The translations under genes and the position numbers were made by a program. A stretch of DNA of 63,941 nucleotides, the filler included, from Hyphochytrium catenoides (taxonomy: Eukaryota; Protista; Hyphochytriomycota), in the NCBI GenBank assembly GCA_900088475.1. It is 8 parts of 8 records of this genome, joined end to end, with 100 filler letters (N's around TTAATTAATTAA, not from the genome) between each part and the next. Parts side by side here need not be neighbours in the genome. Positions count along the whole stretch, not along the records: positions 1 to 20,438 come from FLMG01002830.1; 7 more parts are not named here. One strand, given 5' to 3'. How positions within the stretch are numbered: position 1 is the first letter of the stretch; each line of letters begins with the position of its first letter. The notes under the pieces were generated by a model. That model was not told the origin of the DNA, ran no database searches, and saw only the letters and a list, made by a program, of their open reading frames with translations. Of this stretch, positions 1 through 12,889 are shown in pieces.

Positions 1-690
1 TGACTGACGACAACCTTCCAACTCTCACTTGGCTGCTGGCGCCCTGCTCTTCAACAAGCCAGAAGACAGACCGGGTCTATTCCGTAAGGAAAGACGACAG
101 AGAAGAGATGGGAGAGAGAGAGAGAGAGACGAGATCTTGCTGTGGGCGATGGTGGATGAGACAAGGCCCAAGTGATTGCGGCCACAGGCCACGAAGCAAG
201 GTGAGAAGCTTGGAATGTGATGGCTTCTCTCTTCGCTTTCGGGCCCTCAAATCTCTCTAACGTGATCTCTCTCCTCTCACTTTCCTATTTACTCCTTCTC
301 TTGACCGTACAAAGAGTGTAATAATGTTACTCTGTCTCACTGTAAAAATACTCTGTCTTCATGCCTCTCCCCTCTGTCTCGGTGCCTTCCTCTTTCTTCC
401 TCGCATAATAGCAAGCTCGCTAATCAAGAGGAGGACCAATCCATCAATATGACCAAAACGCTCCCAATCCGTCACTTTCCCATTTCGGTGATTTTGTTCT
501 CCCACAGATGACAGCAAAGAGGAGATGCCGAAACTGTTTTTTACTTCTCAGAATCAGGTAATTTTCGGGTTGGTGCTTTAAGGGGACAAGCGAATCCCTG
601 ACAGCAGCATAAAACTCAAACCTCAGAACAATATGCATGTTTAAAGCTCTCTATTGGCTTACTCTGAACAAGTGAAAGAAGAAAGAGCGC

Positions 691-1196
691 AAGAATATTA
701 CTTGGGAATTCTTTGTTCTCTTCCATCTTCTCTCTTCATCATCATTACTATTTATTATCGTTCTTTCTTCTAGCCAGTGCTATCATGTCCGCCACCAGTG
801 ACGATAAAGATCGTCGCTCAGTCCCTTTCTTACTACTGCGCCCACTATTAGTCTGCTTGGTCCCAATCATCAGTGCTTACTTCTTATTTATTATAGTCCT
901 CAGCTCTTTCTTTTATAATTTTATTAATATTAATATCACAACCATCACCCCGCAGAAGACGACAGACAGAGCTCAAAGAATATTACTTAGGAGATTCTTT
1001 GTTCTTCCATCCTCTCTTCAGCATCATTATTTATTATTGTTCTTTCTTTTAGCCAGTGCTATCATGTCCCTTTCTTGCTACCGCGCCCACTATGAGTCTG
1101 CTTGGTCCCAATAATCATCAGTAAGTGCTTGCTTCTTATAGTCCTCAGCTCTTTCTTTATTTCTATATTATCACCACCATCCTCCCGCAGACGACG
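691..1196. repeat. Imperfect tandem duplication (period ~285 bp)
   Basis: AAGAATATTACTT...GCCAGTGCTATCATGTCC...TCTGCTTGGTCCCAAT...ATAGTCCTCAGCTCTTTC occurs at ~691 and again at ~976, with indels. Confidence 0.85.
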
Positions 1197-2694
1197 TGGC
1201 CCACGATGATGATGTCGAAGGCAGTGTCGATACTCGTTCTCTGCTTGGTCCGCCCCTCTTCTTCTTGTTGGTGATGAGGAGGCTCTCTTCCGCACCGGGT
1301 GAGTGATGATGTCTCCACTCTTCTCTGCGTGGTTCCTTTATTATAAGAAGTAGTAATGTCGAGCTTCATAAAACTGTTTGTAGTGAACAACAAATTACTG
1401 TTAGGATTAGTCTACGTCTTCTGCTTCCTGGTTGCTTCCTCTTCTCGCCTTGTTGCTTCTTCAGTCCTCTGCTACTTGCCCTCACAGTACTCCTGCTTGT
1501 TGTTATGATAGTGGACGAAAGAGTTATCATCATCCCATTGACCTGAAGTATTTCTAATATAACAATACCACCACTAATGTGCTCTTTTCCACTATCTGTC
1601 TTCCCTCTTCTTCCTTACGTATGTTTACTATTGTCCATGTGGGCGAGGACATTCTTCTCTTAGTGATGTTAGACAGGTATCAGACTGCAAGGTAGAGAAA
1701 TAAGAGGAAGGATTTTGAACGAAGCTCCCCTACTGATGGTCGTAGTGCAGTAGAAATAGTGTACATATAGTAGAAGCAGCAGCAGCAGGAACCACAAAGC
1801 TCTTTGTCTAAGAAGCTCCCCCCCCACCCCCCACCCCTTCTCCTCTCCTAACAGAGGGAGTTAAAGCGTTCAACAAGGAGTCAACTCCCCTCATAGAAAT
1901 ATCCTTGCCTGAAGACTAAAACATAAAGTTATGTGCGGTGCAGCCGGCGGAAGTTTGCCAAGACCACAAACGGACTGCTAGAGTTAGTTTGCTCTTCTTG
2001 CTTGTTTTGATAACCTTCTTCTTCAGTGTTATTGATGAGGTTTGCTCCTCGATCCTATTCTTGCTTTGGTGCTTGGAGGAGGCATCTCCTGGTCACCTTA
2101 GGGTACCGCAGCAGCAAAAAAAGAACAAAACGCGTGCCCTTTTGTGGTCTTCTCAGCAGACTTCTCCGGCGGCCCGGCCGCGCCGTGCTCAGGAATCTAC
2201 AATATCTTGGTTGAACCATCATAATGAATGAAGATCAGGAGATGAGAAACAGCCGCCATCATCATCATCATTAATTCTTCAATGAGTTCATGATGATGGA
2301 CATCATGCTGGCAATTATTTTTTTATTCGTTATAATACTATGGTTATGGCAGCAGCAATAATGACCGCGCTCAACAACAACAACTAATAAAAGATCAACA
2401 ACATCACTCCTCTCTCTGTAAGAGGAAGAAACGCTAAGGCCAAGGCCAAGGGCCCACCGTGGTTTGGTGGGAATATAAAGACTGGCTTAACGCTCTGTCT
2501 CACATACAACAACTAACATGTTCGTCGGCAGTTCAAAAAAGATGATCAACCCCCTGTCCGACACAGGACGACACCCGTCACTTCCCCCAGGAGTAGACAG
2601 TTGTCTCCATACAGAAACTCTCAGCTGGAAAGCTTCTACAGTAAATGTTAGGCAATCGGCATTTCCTAGGCTTCACAATATCTCCACACACCGA

Positions 2695-2926
2695 ATGAGT
2701 AATGAGTACATGATGAGTGGGTTATGAGTGAGTATTGGGCTTTTCTGTGTACACGAGTACCTCCTGTTCTATGAGTACTGGTTACTCATAGAGCCTCCCC
2801 TATGAGTATGAGTGTACAATGTACTCGTGAGTACTTTTAAGCCCTCCTATGAGTAGGCTATGAGTTAAGATGAGGCGTAGGCCATGAGTAAAATAATGAG
2901 TAGGCTATGAGTAGCCTGATGAGTAA
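2695..2926. repeat. Dense cluster of ATGAGT(A) motifs
   Basis: About 13 forward ATGAGT, one reverse TACTCAT and several variants in ~230 bp, irregularly spaced. Confidence 0.85.
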
Positions 2927-3586
2927 AGGACTAGCTAGATAATGACTGTTAAGTTAGTAAGCTGTTGAGGCGGCGGTCTTCTGAGAAGACAATGACGAAG
3001 GAAGGATGACTACAGTGCTGGCTGAGGGCATAGTTCTAGTCGTAGAAGTTAGAGGAGAAGAAAATCTGCAGCTAGTAGGGGCATTATTTATCGGTTGCTG
3101 CTGAAGAACGACGACGAGGAGGCGAGGGAGGACGCCAACAAGCAGGAGATGAAGACTACTGCTGGTTGTTACTTGTCTTTTGCCTGTTCTTCGAAGATGC
3201 TCCTCGTCGGCTCCATTTCTTATTATGGAGAGTGCAACCATTGAAGAACCAGAACTGCAGAAAGAAGAATAATGCGATCATCCACTCATGGAGTGGAAGA
3301 AGAGGAGAAGCATCATCAGGCACTAGGTGCGTCTTCTTCGTCTTCTCATAGTCTTCTTCTTCTTCGACGCTTCGCTCTCCTCCTTTCTCTCAGTCATCCT
3401 AACAAAATCATTGTTCCTCCTACTATGTACCTGTTGTTATCTTCTCATGTCATGCCAGTCCCTTCCTTTCTTCCAAATTGGTGGCTCTTTTTATTTAACT
3501 TCTTTTGTACATCCTGGGCATTCAAGGGCTAGTAGTGATAATAAGAATGATTATGATTCCCCTCCATTACCCGCCACACTCTTCAT

Positions 3587-3885
3587 TCATCGTTGCTGCT
3601 GGCAGCAGGTGGTATGATGATGCTACTAAGCATAGTAGCATGACGATGAAGCCAGAGGACAGAGATAAAGGAATGATCGATGAACTCATTATCGTGATGA
3701 TGTCGCCGCTATCTGCGTTAGCTGACAGGCAAACTGATCATCGTTGCTGGCAGCAGGTGGTATGATGATGCTACTAAGCATAGTAGCATGACGATGAAGC
3801 CAGAGGACAGAGACAAAGGAATGATCGATGAACTCATTATCGTGATGATGTCGCCGCTATCTGCGTTAGCTGACAGGCAAACTGA
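3587..3885. repeat. Near-perfect tandem duplication (~150 bp x2)
   Basis: TCATCGTTGCTG...GACAGGCAAACTGA at 3587-3737 and 3738-3885. The copies differ by a 3-bp indel and one substitution. Confidence 0.95.
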
Positions 3886-4349
3886 ATAATAGTAGTATCA
3901 AAGTGACCAGCGAGAACGACCGGGGTTAAAGCACCTATGACAAGAAATGCTCGCCCAGCTGCTTGTTGCTTTTGGGGCGATGACTCATTTCTTTTGGTTT
4001 ATGTGTCAGTAGGCGGCTGATGGCGGTGCCTTACATCATTCATCATCTATGCCTAATAAGGAGAAGAGATCAAAGTCGTCATCAATGTCCTCTGCGAAAA
4101 ACATGGAGTCAGACTCGTTATCACATGCTGCGTCATTGGGCGAGATGGCAGTGACAGGATTGGCGATATCATCATAGCGCTTGGGAATAAACTTGGCTCT
4201 CCCGCCTGGCGTTTGCTGGACGTCTTTCATCTCTGTCTCTCAAGAGGAAGCACAATCATTCTAAAGCACTAGCGATGAACTCTCTAGAGGAGAAAGAGAG
4301 ACCTATTCCGTTGAGCTCCGCTGATATTTGGAGGGCTATGCAATGGCCT

Positions 4350-5525
4350 CCCGCTGACGACAGACGTTGAAGATTCCTGCGATGACCATCAATCTGTCTC
4401 TCTCGTCTGCTCCACCTTCTATGGCCTCCACGTCCTCCTCAGCATCGCTCGCTTCCGTCTCCTCGATGATCGTCGATGAAATAGCCAAAGAAGCATCATC
4501 ATCCTCTAGGCTGTCGTCGCCTCCTCTCGTTCCGTAGCATTCTTATCCACAACGGGGACAGGAAGGTCGTCCCCAACATTCTTATTCTCAGTGACTCTGC
4601 AGCCCATGTTTTCCTTGACAGTCTCGAGCGAGAGTATGGATTGATTTTCTCCGTATTCGAGGAGGGACGTATGTCTCCCTGTTCAGATAGCGGCAGACAA
4701 TCGTTAGGGAAAGTGCTTGCATACCCTTCTTCTCATCTCGTCGCTCATCCTGAGCTTGAGCGCTGTGCGTGAGTTTCGTAAAGAGCTCTTTTGAGGTGAA
4801 GCTACCTATAAGATAAGTATACAGGTGTCGGAGTAGTGATGAAGCTCCACACAGGAGCACAGCCTGAAGGCACAAAGTATCCGTCACGCTTGGCCACAAG
4901 GGATTTTTGGATAACTGGGCAATCAAGGATACTTTGTGCCGCCAGACTTTGCTTCTGTGTAATGCTGCGTGTGACGCTCTGGGATGCAGATCTCACCTGC
5001 TACCATCCAGGCGCTTCATCTTTGTTCCTTATGGCAGCTTCAACACTGGTGGAGCTATCGCGAGCGCGTAGCTTCCCGAGGTATAGAGTGCGAAGAGAAA
5101 CAGGGGCTATTCTTACCACCTTTGTCGGCGGAGACAATCAGCTAGTGAAGCCGCGTTGATAGAGTTAGGCACCAAGAGTGGGCCTTCAGATAGTCACATC
5201 TTTTCTATGACCCATCCGTCCCCGGAGAAGGCAGGAAATAGATCATTCCCTGCATCAAGACTGTCATTCGAAGACATCGGCTGCATAATCTCAAGATGGG
5301 GACGCCATTCCTGTCCCGTCGTGAATCATAATGCCGCGGAAGGAGAGGAGAGGACGGCAGCCTAGAGGTTTGCTGCTGCTTCTTCGGCTATCTCATCGGC
5401 GATCCTCAAGGATACGGAAGCAATCCTGGGCAGGAGGAGGAGGCAACGGAAGAAGGAGGAGAGAAGAGAACGATCGGCTGATGATGACCATCCCAGCAAT
5501 GTTCGATGTCCGCCCTCAGCAGGGT
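4350..5525. repeat. Diverged inverted duplication of a coding-like segment (arms ~4350-4575 and ~5295-5525)
   Basis: CCTCTAGGCTGTCGTCGCCTCCTCTCGTTCCGTAGCATT...GGGACAGGAAGGTCGTCCCCA matches the reverse complement of ~5295-5370, and the similarity continues outward. Confidence 0.75.
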
Positions 5526-6318
5526 AAAGCTGGCCTTCGGCAATCGGGACATGGGGCATCTTGGGGGCAACAAGCGAGCCAACAACCTCCAACTCTTGTC
5601 CCCAAGGATAATGCCCATACTATGGGCGGTGGGCGGTCGATAAGATCGGACCAGGTGTGAGAGGACCAGCGGAGCGGGCGGTCGATGGAGTTGTTGCCCT
5701 CCCTAGAGCTCATCTTACCTCGCAGCGTAAAGATGAGGTCAGAAAGCAGCATACTAAAGGCACTGCTTGAGAAGATGGAGAAGAGGAAGCAGATGTTGTA
5801 GCCCAGGAAGACTCGGATGCTGTGAGTATGAGCAATAGCCTGCTTTCTTTTGCCAGGGCGGTAGGGATGCAAGTTTGGCCCACACAGTGGAGAAGCAAGC
5901 ACAAACAGGGAGCGAGGTCTTCTATTATCTTACGGTCGATGCTTTCCCTCGCTTGACCCACAAACACTCTATGGTAAGATGCCACAGGAAATCACGGGCA
6001 GAGAGGAAGGGACTCTTCTCCTTCCACAAAGAGGAAACAAGCTGAGATCTAAGGGCAGTTCGAGTTGCACTTTATGGAAGGGAGAGGAACGAGCTAAGGC
6101 GCAAGCACAAAGAGGAGAAGTACCAGCACGGCCGCCCTGGATTGGCGCGAAGGTGAGCGGAGAACAAGCCAGCTGAGGCACGGCTTCTCGCTCTGAGCTT
6201 CGTTCTATTGCATCTCTTCACCACATGGACAGGCAGTATGTTTACCAGTGAGCACGGAGAAGAATATGCATCCTCAGAATAAGTGTAAGAGACGGCACTT
6301 AGGGAGAGAACTCCTGGA

Positions 6319-7510
6319 CTAAAACAAAGGATGGGAGCTAAAGAAGGACTTGAAGCGCTCATAGAGAGACATTGTGATGGCCGTAGACGGCGCATGGAAG
6401 AGCATCCGAGCTCCTGCGCCTCTAAAGAGCGCCCGGTAGCCTTCATGCCTAAAGCCAGGCAAGGGGCATTAGAAATTGGCATGATGGACAGAGAGAGAGA
6501 GAAGAGAATGACAGAGAGCGAAAGAGAGAGAAAGAAATGAAGAGCCAGAGGACGAGAGAGAATATAAAGGAGAGAAACAGAAGAGGGAGATCAAGCGTAA
6601 AGACGTGAGGATGATACCTCATGATCGCAGAGAGAGGGAGATATAGAAAGCGAGAGGAAGGAAAAGCGAGAAAGAAATGAAGAGCAAGAGCAAGAGAGAG
6701 GTTCAGAAAGATGAGAAAGAGAAGAGGAAGAACAAGAGTAAAGACGTCAGGACGGTACCTCATGATCTTCATGAGTCCATCTAATGTCCCTGTATAATGG
6801 TCCTGTGCCGCAGTTATCACTGCTTCTCTCGCCCGAACTCCTCTCTGAACCTGAAGACGGAGCTTCACAAGGTCCAACGGGTTTGTGATGAAAGAAGCCG
6901 CGGCGCCAGCAGCAGCGGAGCTACCGATGACATGGAGAGAGAAAAGGAGAGAGGAGACACAACACGTGAGAGCAGGAGAGGTGAGGGGCGGAAAGAGGAT
7001 AAAGAAAAATAGAACTGCAAGTGAAAGAGACTGACAAATCAAGGAGATAAGAGAGGCTAAAGTGAAAGCTGGGAAAGCGCCGAGGGAGAGAGATAAGAGA
7101 ATGATGACGCCAAGGTATCAGAGAAAGAAAAGAGAGAGAGCATGGGAAAGTGACACAGCTGAGAGAGAGAGCTAAGAGAGAGAGAGAGAGTGTGTCAAAG
7201 CATCTGAGCCAATTCCCTAATTTAACCCGTCTCCACCGCTTACCTTGAAAGCAGCAGAGGAAAGGGGACATCGTCAGCAGTGGAACCATGAGAGAGAGAA
7301 ACTGAAGCTTTCTTGAGCTCTTCGTAGAAGAGGAAGTAGAGGGCTGAGAAAGGCCCAAAAGAGAGGAGAGTGGCCATGTAGCCCTAGAACAAGAGAGGCA
7401 GAGCTGCGCGTTAGAAAGAGGAAGATGGCTCTCCATCCTTGAGCGTTTTGCTGGGCTTTACGTGCCCCAAAACAGCTTCTCAATTTTTTCTTTGTGAGAA
7501 CCCACTCTCT

Positions 7511-7546
<36 letters not shown>

Positions 7547-7863
7547 TTCTCAGCGTGGTCTCTGGCTTCTCTCTCTCTTTCTGTCCCTCTATTCTCTCTC
7601 CTTCGAATCCCTCAGTTTCTATAGGGCGAACCTTATAGATTCCTCTGATCCCCTCGTGCTGCGCGATGGTGCGGACAGCATGGACCGTTCCTCTGTAGCT
7701 CACAGCGCTGTCTGTCCCTTTGCTCTGCACCTGCAGGCGCTCTTTGATAACATCCACAGGGACCCACACCACACAGCTGGAGAGGTTCACGCAAAGACAA
7801 AGAGAGGAAGAGAGAAAGCGGGACGTTAAGTCGTTTGAAAGAAGTGAGAGGAGGAGAGTGAGT

Positions 7864-7895
<32 letters not shown>

Positions 7896-8038
7896 TCGTT
7901 TCCGGATGACTGTAGGACAGAGAGTTTATCGCGGGAAGCGGAAGTGGAGGGCGGAAAATAAAGTGGCTTTTAAGGGCTAGAGCAAGAGAACGAAGGGTGT
8001 GAAATGCAACGAAAGAAAGAGAGAGAGAGAAGGGGAAG

Positions 8039-8073
<35 letters not shown>

Positions 8074-9282
8074 CTTATGACATATTATGCAGGAGCAGAA
8101 AAGACACCGCGCGAGGTGGAAGATAAATGAAAGCAAAAGAGGAAGAGAAATCCTCGTCCTTTCTGTCTGTGAAGGAAAAGATGTGGGCCAACGTTTACCT
8201 TATGGCTTCAGCTATGATCCCTGACGAGAAATGCGCAAGAAACTGGTGGTTCGCTAGCCAGGAGTTCTGAAGAAGGCGCTCTTTTGTCATCTTCAAAGAG
8301 AGAGAGAGAGAGGGGGAATGAGAAGAGAGGATAAGGGAGAGAGGAAGGGCAAGAAAAGGACACATGTGAGAGAGAAACAAAAAGAAGAGCGAGATTAAGA
8401 GAGGGACATAATAGGTCAGCCTTCATCCTCTCTGCTCTCTCTTTCTCTCTCTCTTTCTCTCTCTTTCTTTCTCTCTCTCTCTCTCTCTCTCTTTTCTTCC
8501 CCTTTCACCCTCTCCATCCCCTCCCCTTCTCAATTTATCTGCTTACATCGTAGGAGCTAAGGTAGAGTGCTGTCCCTGGCACTGCCCCAGCTGCGGTCAC
8601 AGCAAAGCCTCTATACAATCCTGCTAGCCCCTCTGCCCTAATGCAAAGGGAACAGGGAGAGAGAAAAGGAGAGAAAAGGGGAGAGAGACGAGAGGGAGAG
8701 AGATGAGAAGAGGAAAGTGGGGAGAATGGGACCTTGTAGAGGCGCAAGAGGACAGCAAGGGAGAGAGAGAGAGAGCGGAGGACACACTGATCTGTGAGAG
8801 GGGAACAATGGAAGACGAGAGAGAAATGCTGGTTAGAAAAGGGAGACAGCGGAAGACAGCGGAGAAGAGAGAAGAACATCCGTGATATCTCTGTCTCTCT
8901 TACGCAAATGTTCTCTTCAACGTGTCGAGAGTGCCCTTGTAGGCCATTCCTGAGAGGTTCTGAACGCCTCCCACCTGTGCCTAAGGAGGAGGGTCCATCA
9001 GGAGGAGAGAGAGAGGCGTTTCAGGTCATCTTCTTTCTTTGTTTAGTGTTCTTTCCTAGCCTCTCTCTTTCTCTTTCTCTCTCTCTCTCTCTCTGCGACT
9101 CTCTATTTACTCTATTATTCTCCTGCTTGGCCTATGTCCAGCCGCCTCATTCTCTTTATGTGAGACCTTCTCTGAAGATTCAAAGTACGGACATAGGGAC
9201 AAAGAGAGAAGTAAAGAAGAGGACAGAGTACACATACACAGAGGGGTGTGAGAGAGAGAGACACAGAGAGAGACAGAGAGGG

Positions 9283-9318
<36 letters not shown>

Positions 9319-9493
9319 GGTGAGGATTCATAGTTTACCTGGAGCCTGGCTTTGCATGTGTCAAGCGGGTGACAGAAGAGTCTGGAGGTCAGGCCAGCGG
9401 CAGTGCTGCCCTAGAGAATTTCAGTGAAGAAAGTGCCATGAGTGAGAGAGAGTGTGTGAGAGAGAGAGAGTGCGTTAGAGAGAGAGACAGAGC

Positions 9494-9540
<47 letters not shown>

Positions 9541-9741
9541 CGAAAAGCAAAAGGAGAGAAGAAGAGCGCGAGAGGTCTGAGAGACTCCAAAGACAACAAG
9601 AGTGAAAGAGGAGAGAGACAGAGAGAGACCACGCAACGAATAAGAGAATAGAGGGAGCAGGGCAAAGGAAATAGCATGACAGCGAAAGGGCTGCCAGAAA
9701 GAGAGAAATAAGGCCAACTGGTGGGATGGGAAGAGAGAAGT

Positions 9742-9794
<53 letters not shown>

Positions 9795-10251
9795 ACAAAG
9801 AGACACACGGAACCAGTAAGACAAACACATCCTGGATAGATCTCTTGGCCTTACCAGGAGAGAGGGCACCAGCTGGACAGGAGAATGAAGAGAGACGAGG
9901 GAAGGAGAGAAACGTTAGAAGAGAGACAGAAAGTGAGAAAGGTGGCTGAGAGAGACACACCGACGGAGTACGGGGTAGACTTAGAAAAGGGAATACGGGG
10001 ATAAAGGAAGAAGAGAGATAGGAAAGAGACGAATCCTTTCCCTCTCTTCTCAGTCTCTCTCTCTCTCTCTCTAGTCTTTCTCTCTCTCCCCTCGAACTCT
10101 CTTTCCCTGTCTTTCACTTTCTCTGTTTCCCCCGAAGAAGTCTGAAAATATGCCTCTGGATGGCACGCACCTCTTCCTCCACCTTGTCATTCTCTTTGTT
10201 CTCTTCATCTTGCCCCGAGAAGGCATCTTGTCTCTCTTCTGTTTCTGACAT
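6319..10251 (-). CDS. Mitochondrial carrier (SLC25/MCF) protein, ~11 exons
   Basis: The spliced exons give all three Px[DE]xxKxRLQ signatures (HPLDTCKARLQ, VPVDVIKERLQ, NPLDLVKLRLQ) plus EGLAGLYRG, EGIRGIYKG and EGYRALFRG. Junctions are GT-AG and the stop is at 6319-6321. The 5' exons (ATG at 10251) are inferred from splice phase and are less certain. Confidence 0.92.
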
Positions 10252-10595
10252 CTGTCTTTGACGTCTCTCTCTCTCTTCCAGGCCCCGAGACCTCTTTCTT
10301 CTCTCTCTTTTCCTAGTCAGGTCTTGGAGAGAGAGGGAGAGAGAGACCAAAGGAGATAGCGTGAGCGCCCGAGAGAGAGAGAGAGCGGCTTGGCTCCTTT
10401 TGAAGCTTCTGAAGCGCTCACTCTCACCTCAACGCGGCCTGGACGGGGAGAGGCAGCAGCTCTCTCCTTCCTCTTCTCAACTGTTTCTTCCTTCCTTCGT
10501 CAGTCTGTCTCTCTCTCTCTCTCTCTCTTGGCCCTCTCCAACTTTTCCTTCGTTGCCATCACGCTTGGGCATGGCTCTGTTCCTCACTTCCAGCA

Positions 10596-10647
<52 letters not shown>

Positions 10648-10753
10648 CACTCTTCTCTTCAATCCCCAGAGCTCCCCCTGGTGCAATAAGTAGATATGGT
10701 AAGGTTGCTGTGGATAACGGCTTTTTTATGATGGGTAGATTCTGATGTTTTGA

Positions 10754-10789
<36 letters not shown>

Positions 10790-11033
10790 TTATCTGTCTG
10801 TCTCTCTCATTCTCCTTTTTTTTTTCCCCACTCTCCACTGTTTGTCCTTTTATTACTCTGTCTTCTCTTTTGCATGACCTCAGGCCATCCAGATACTTTC
10901 TCCTCCGAGGTCTCATTGCTTCTTCTCTCTTTCTCTTTAATGTGCGTTGTTGCACTCGCTCAGTTTCCTGCTTTTGACTCTTGGATTATTATGTACAGCG
11001 AGGGCTTCACTCTCCTCTCTCTCTCTCTCTGTT

Positions 11034-11075
<42 letters not shown>

Positions 11076-11424
11076 TCACTTTTCATAGATGCTGACACAA
11101 GTCTGCAGCACTGCGTCATGCACCAGTCCCGTGATCCTGTCGGTCAGGGGCTGAGAAGAGAAACGACGAAATCTGTCCACGGCAGGGTCAAACCTCTCTC
11201 TCTCTCTCGTCAGCCGAACCTCGTCCACGCGAAGAGAAAGACGAGAGGTGCTGGAGAGAAAGACTCCCTCCCATCTTTCTAAATCTTTAAGGTTCGGAGG
11301 GAGAAAGACAACAGGAATGTCGTTCTCTTGGCATGTTTGGAGAACAATCTTTCTCACTGTTCCTTCCAAGATGCCTTCATTTGCTGTGTAGACCTGGGAG
11401 AGGAAGGAGAGCGAGAAACAGCAA

Positions 11425-11476
<52 letters not shown>

Positions 11477-11715
11477 CAAATAACTCTCAATCAGCTACTT
11501 TTCTCTCTCTCCTTTCCTCTCTTCTGCTCAAGTTTTTCTCTCTTACATATCACTCTCCTTGCTCTTCCTCTCTGTCTGCTTCTGTTCCCCATCAACAATC
11601 CTTGTCTTCTTTTGTCTTTGCTTCTCTTTCTCCCTCTCTCTCTCCTGTCTCCACCTTTTCTTCTGTCTTTTTCTCAATATTTCCACTCTCGCCTCCTTCT
11701 CGGGCTCTACCTCTT

Positions 11716-11751
<36 letters not shown>

Positions 11752-12043
11752 CCCTCCCTTTCTCTCCCTTGAGTCTCCTACCTTCCCGTCCATCACGACA
11801 TAAAAGTTAGATTGCGTTCCTTCAAAGAGTTCGCCGCTCTCCGACACAAGAATCGACTCATTTGCCTCTGAAGAAGTAAGATCTTCAAGCGCCGTGCGCT
11901 CGCTGGACAGAGAGAGAAAGACAGAGAAAGAGAGAGAAAGAGAGAGAAAGAGAGAGAAAGAGAGAGAAAGAGAGAGATGAGCAAATCAATTCCACAGACA
12001 GAGAGAGAGAGGTCAAAGGAAGTCGAAATATACCAATTTGGTT

Positions 12044-12077
<34 letters not shown>

Positions 12078-12834
12078 AAGAGCACAAGAGGGGGATAGAC
12101 AGAGACAGATCCGATAAAGGTTGGGAGAGAGGAAGAGAAAGGAGAAAAGAGTAGCAGGAGAGCTTAGGACAAGAAGAAAACGTAAAGAGAAGAAGGAAGA
12201 CCACAAGGTTAGAGCCTAGAAGGGGAGAGATAACCATTGAGCAAGCACACTGGAGGTGGGAGGAAGAACGAGGGACAGATCAAAGCAAACCGGAGAGAAA
12301 GAGACAGACAAAAAGGAGGAAGACAAACAGGTGAAGAGAGAGAGAGAGAGAGAGAAAAGAGAGAGAGAAATCCCGATCCTGTGCGCATAAATAAGATAGG
12401 AGCGTGACTCCTTGTGTCTCTGTTTGAGAGACAGGAAGATAGATGTGTAGAGACGAAGAAAGAGAAGAGAGAGAGGCGAACTAGGGAACGACAGAAAGAG
12501 AGAGAGAGAGAAGGGAGACTCTGGCTGAGAGGATTGAGCTTACTGCACCCAGTTGAGGTCCTTGACAAGAGCGTTATGCCGGGGTCTCCCTCGACATTCG
12601 ACAATCACTGGCGGCTTAGGAGGAGACGGGAGAGGACCACAGTGACAGTAAAGCTCATAGGACTAGGAACATTGGAAGAGGGAGACGATATAGAGGGAGA
12701 GAGAAGAGAGAAAGACCGAGAGAGAAGAGAAGAGAGAGAAAGGACACATTGCCAGAAAAAGAGAGAGAGAGTCAATAGAGAGAGAGAATAGAAAAGACAG
12801 AAGGAAAGAAAGAGAGAGAGATTAGACAGTGAGA

Positions 12835-12889
<55 letters not shown>

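Noticed and set aside
1-2600. Short ORFs at the window start
   Set aside because: Low-complexity, duplication-rich sequence with no recognisable domains.
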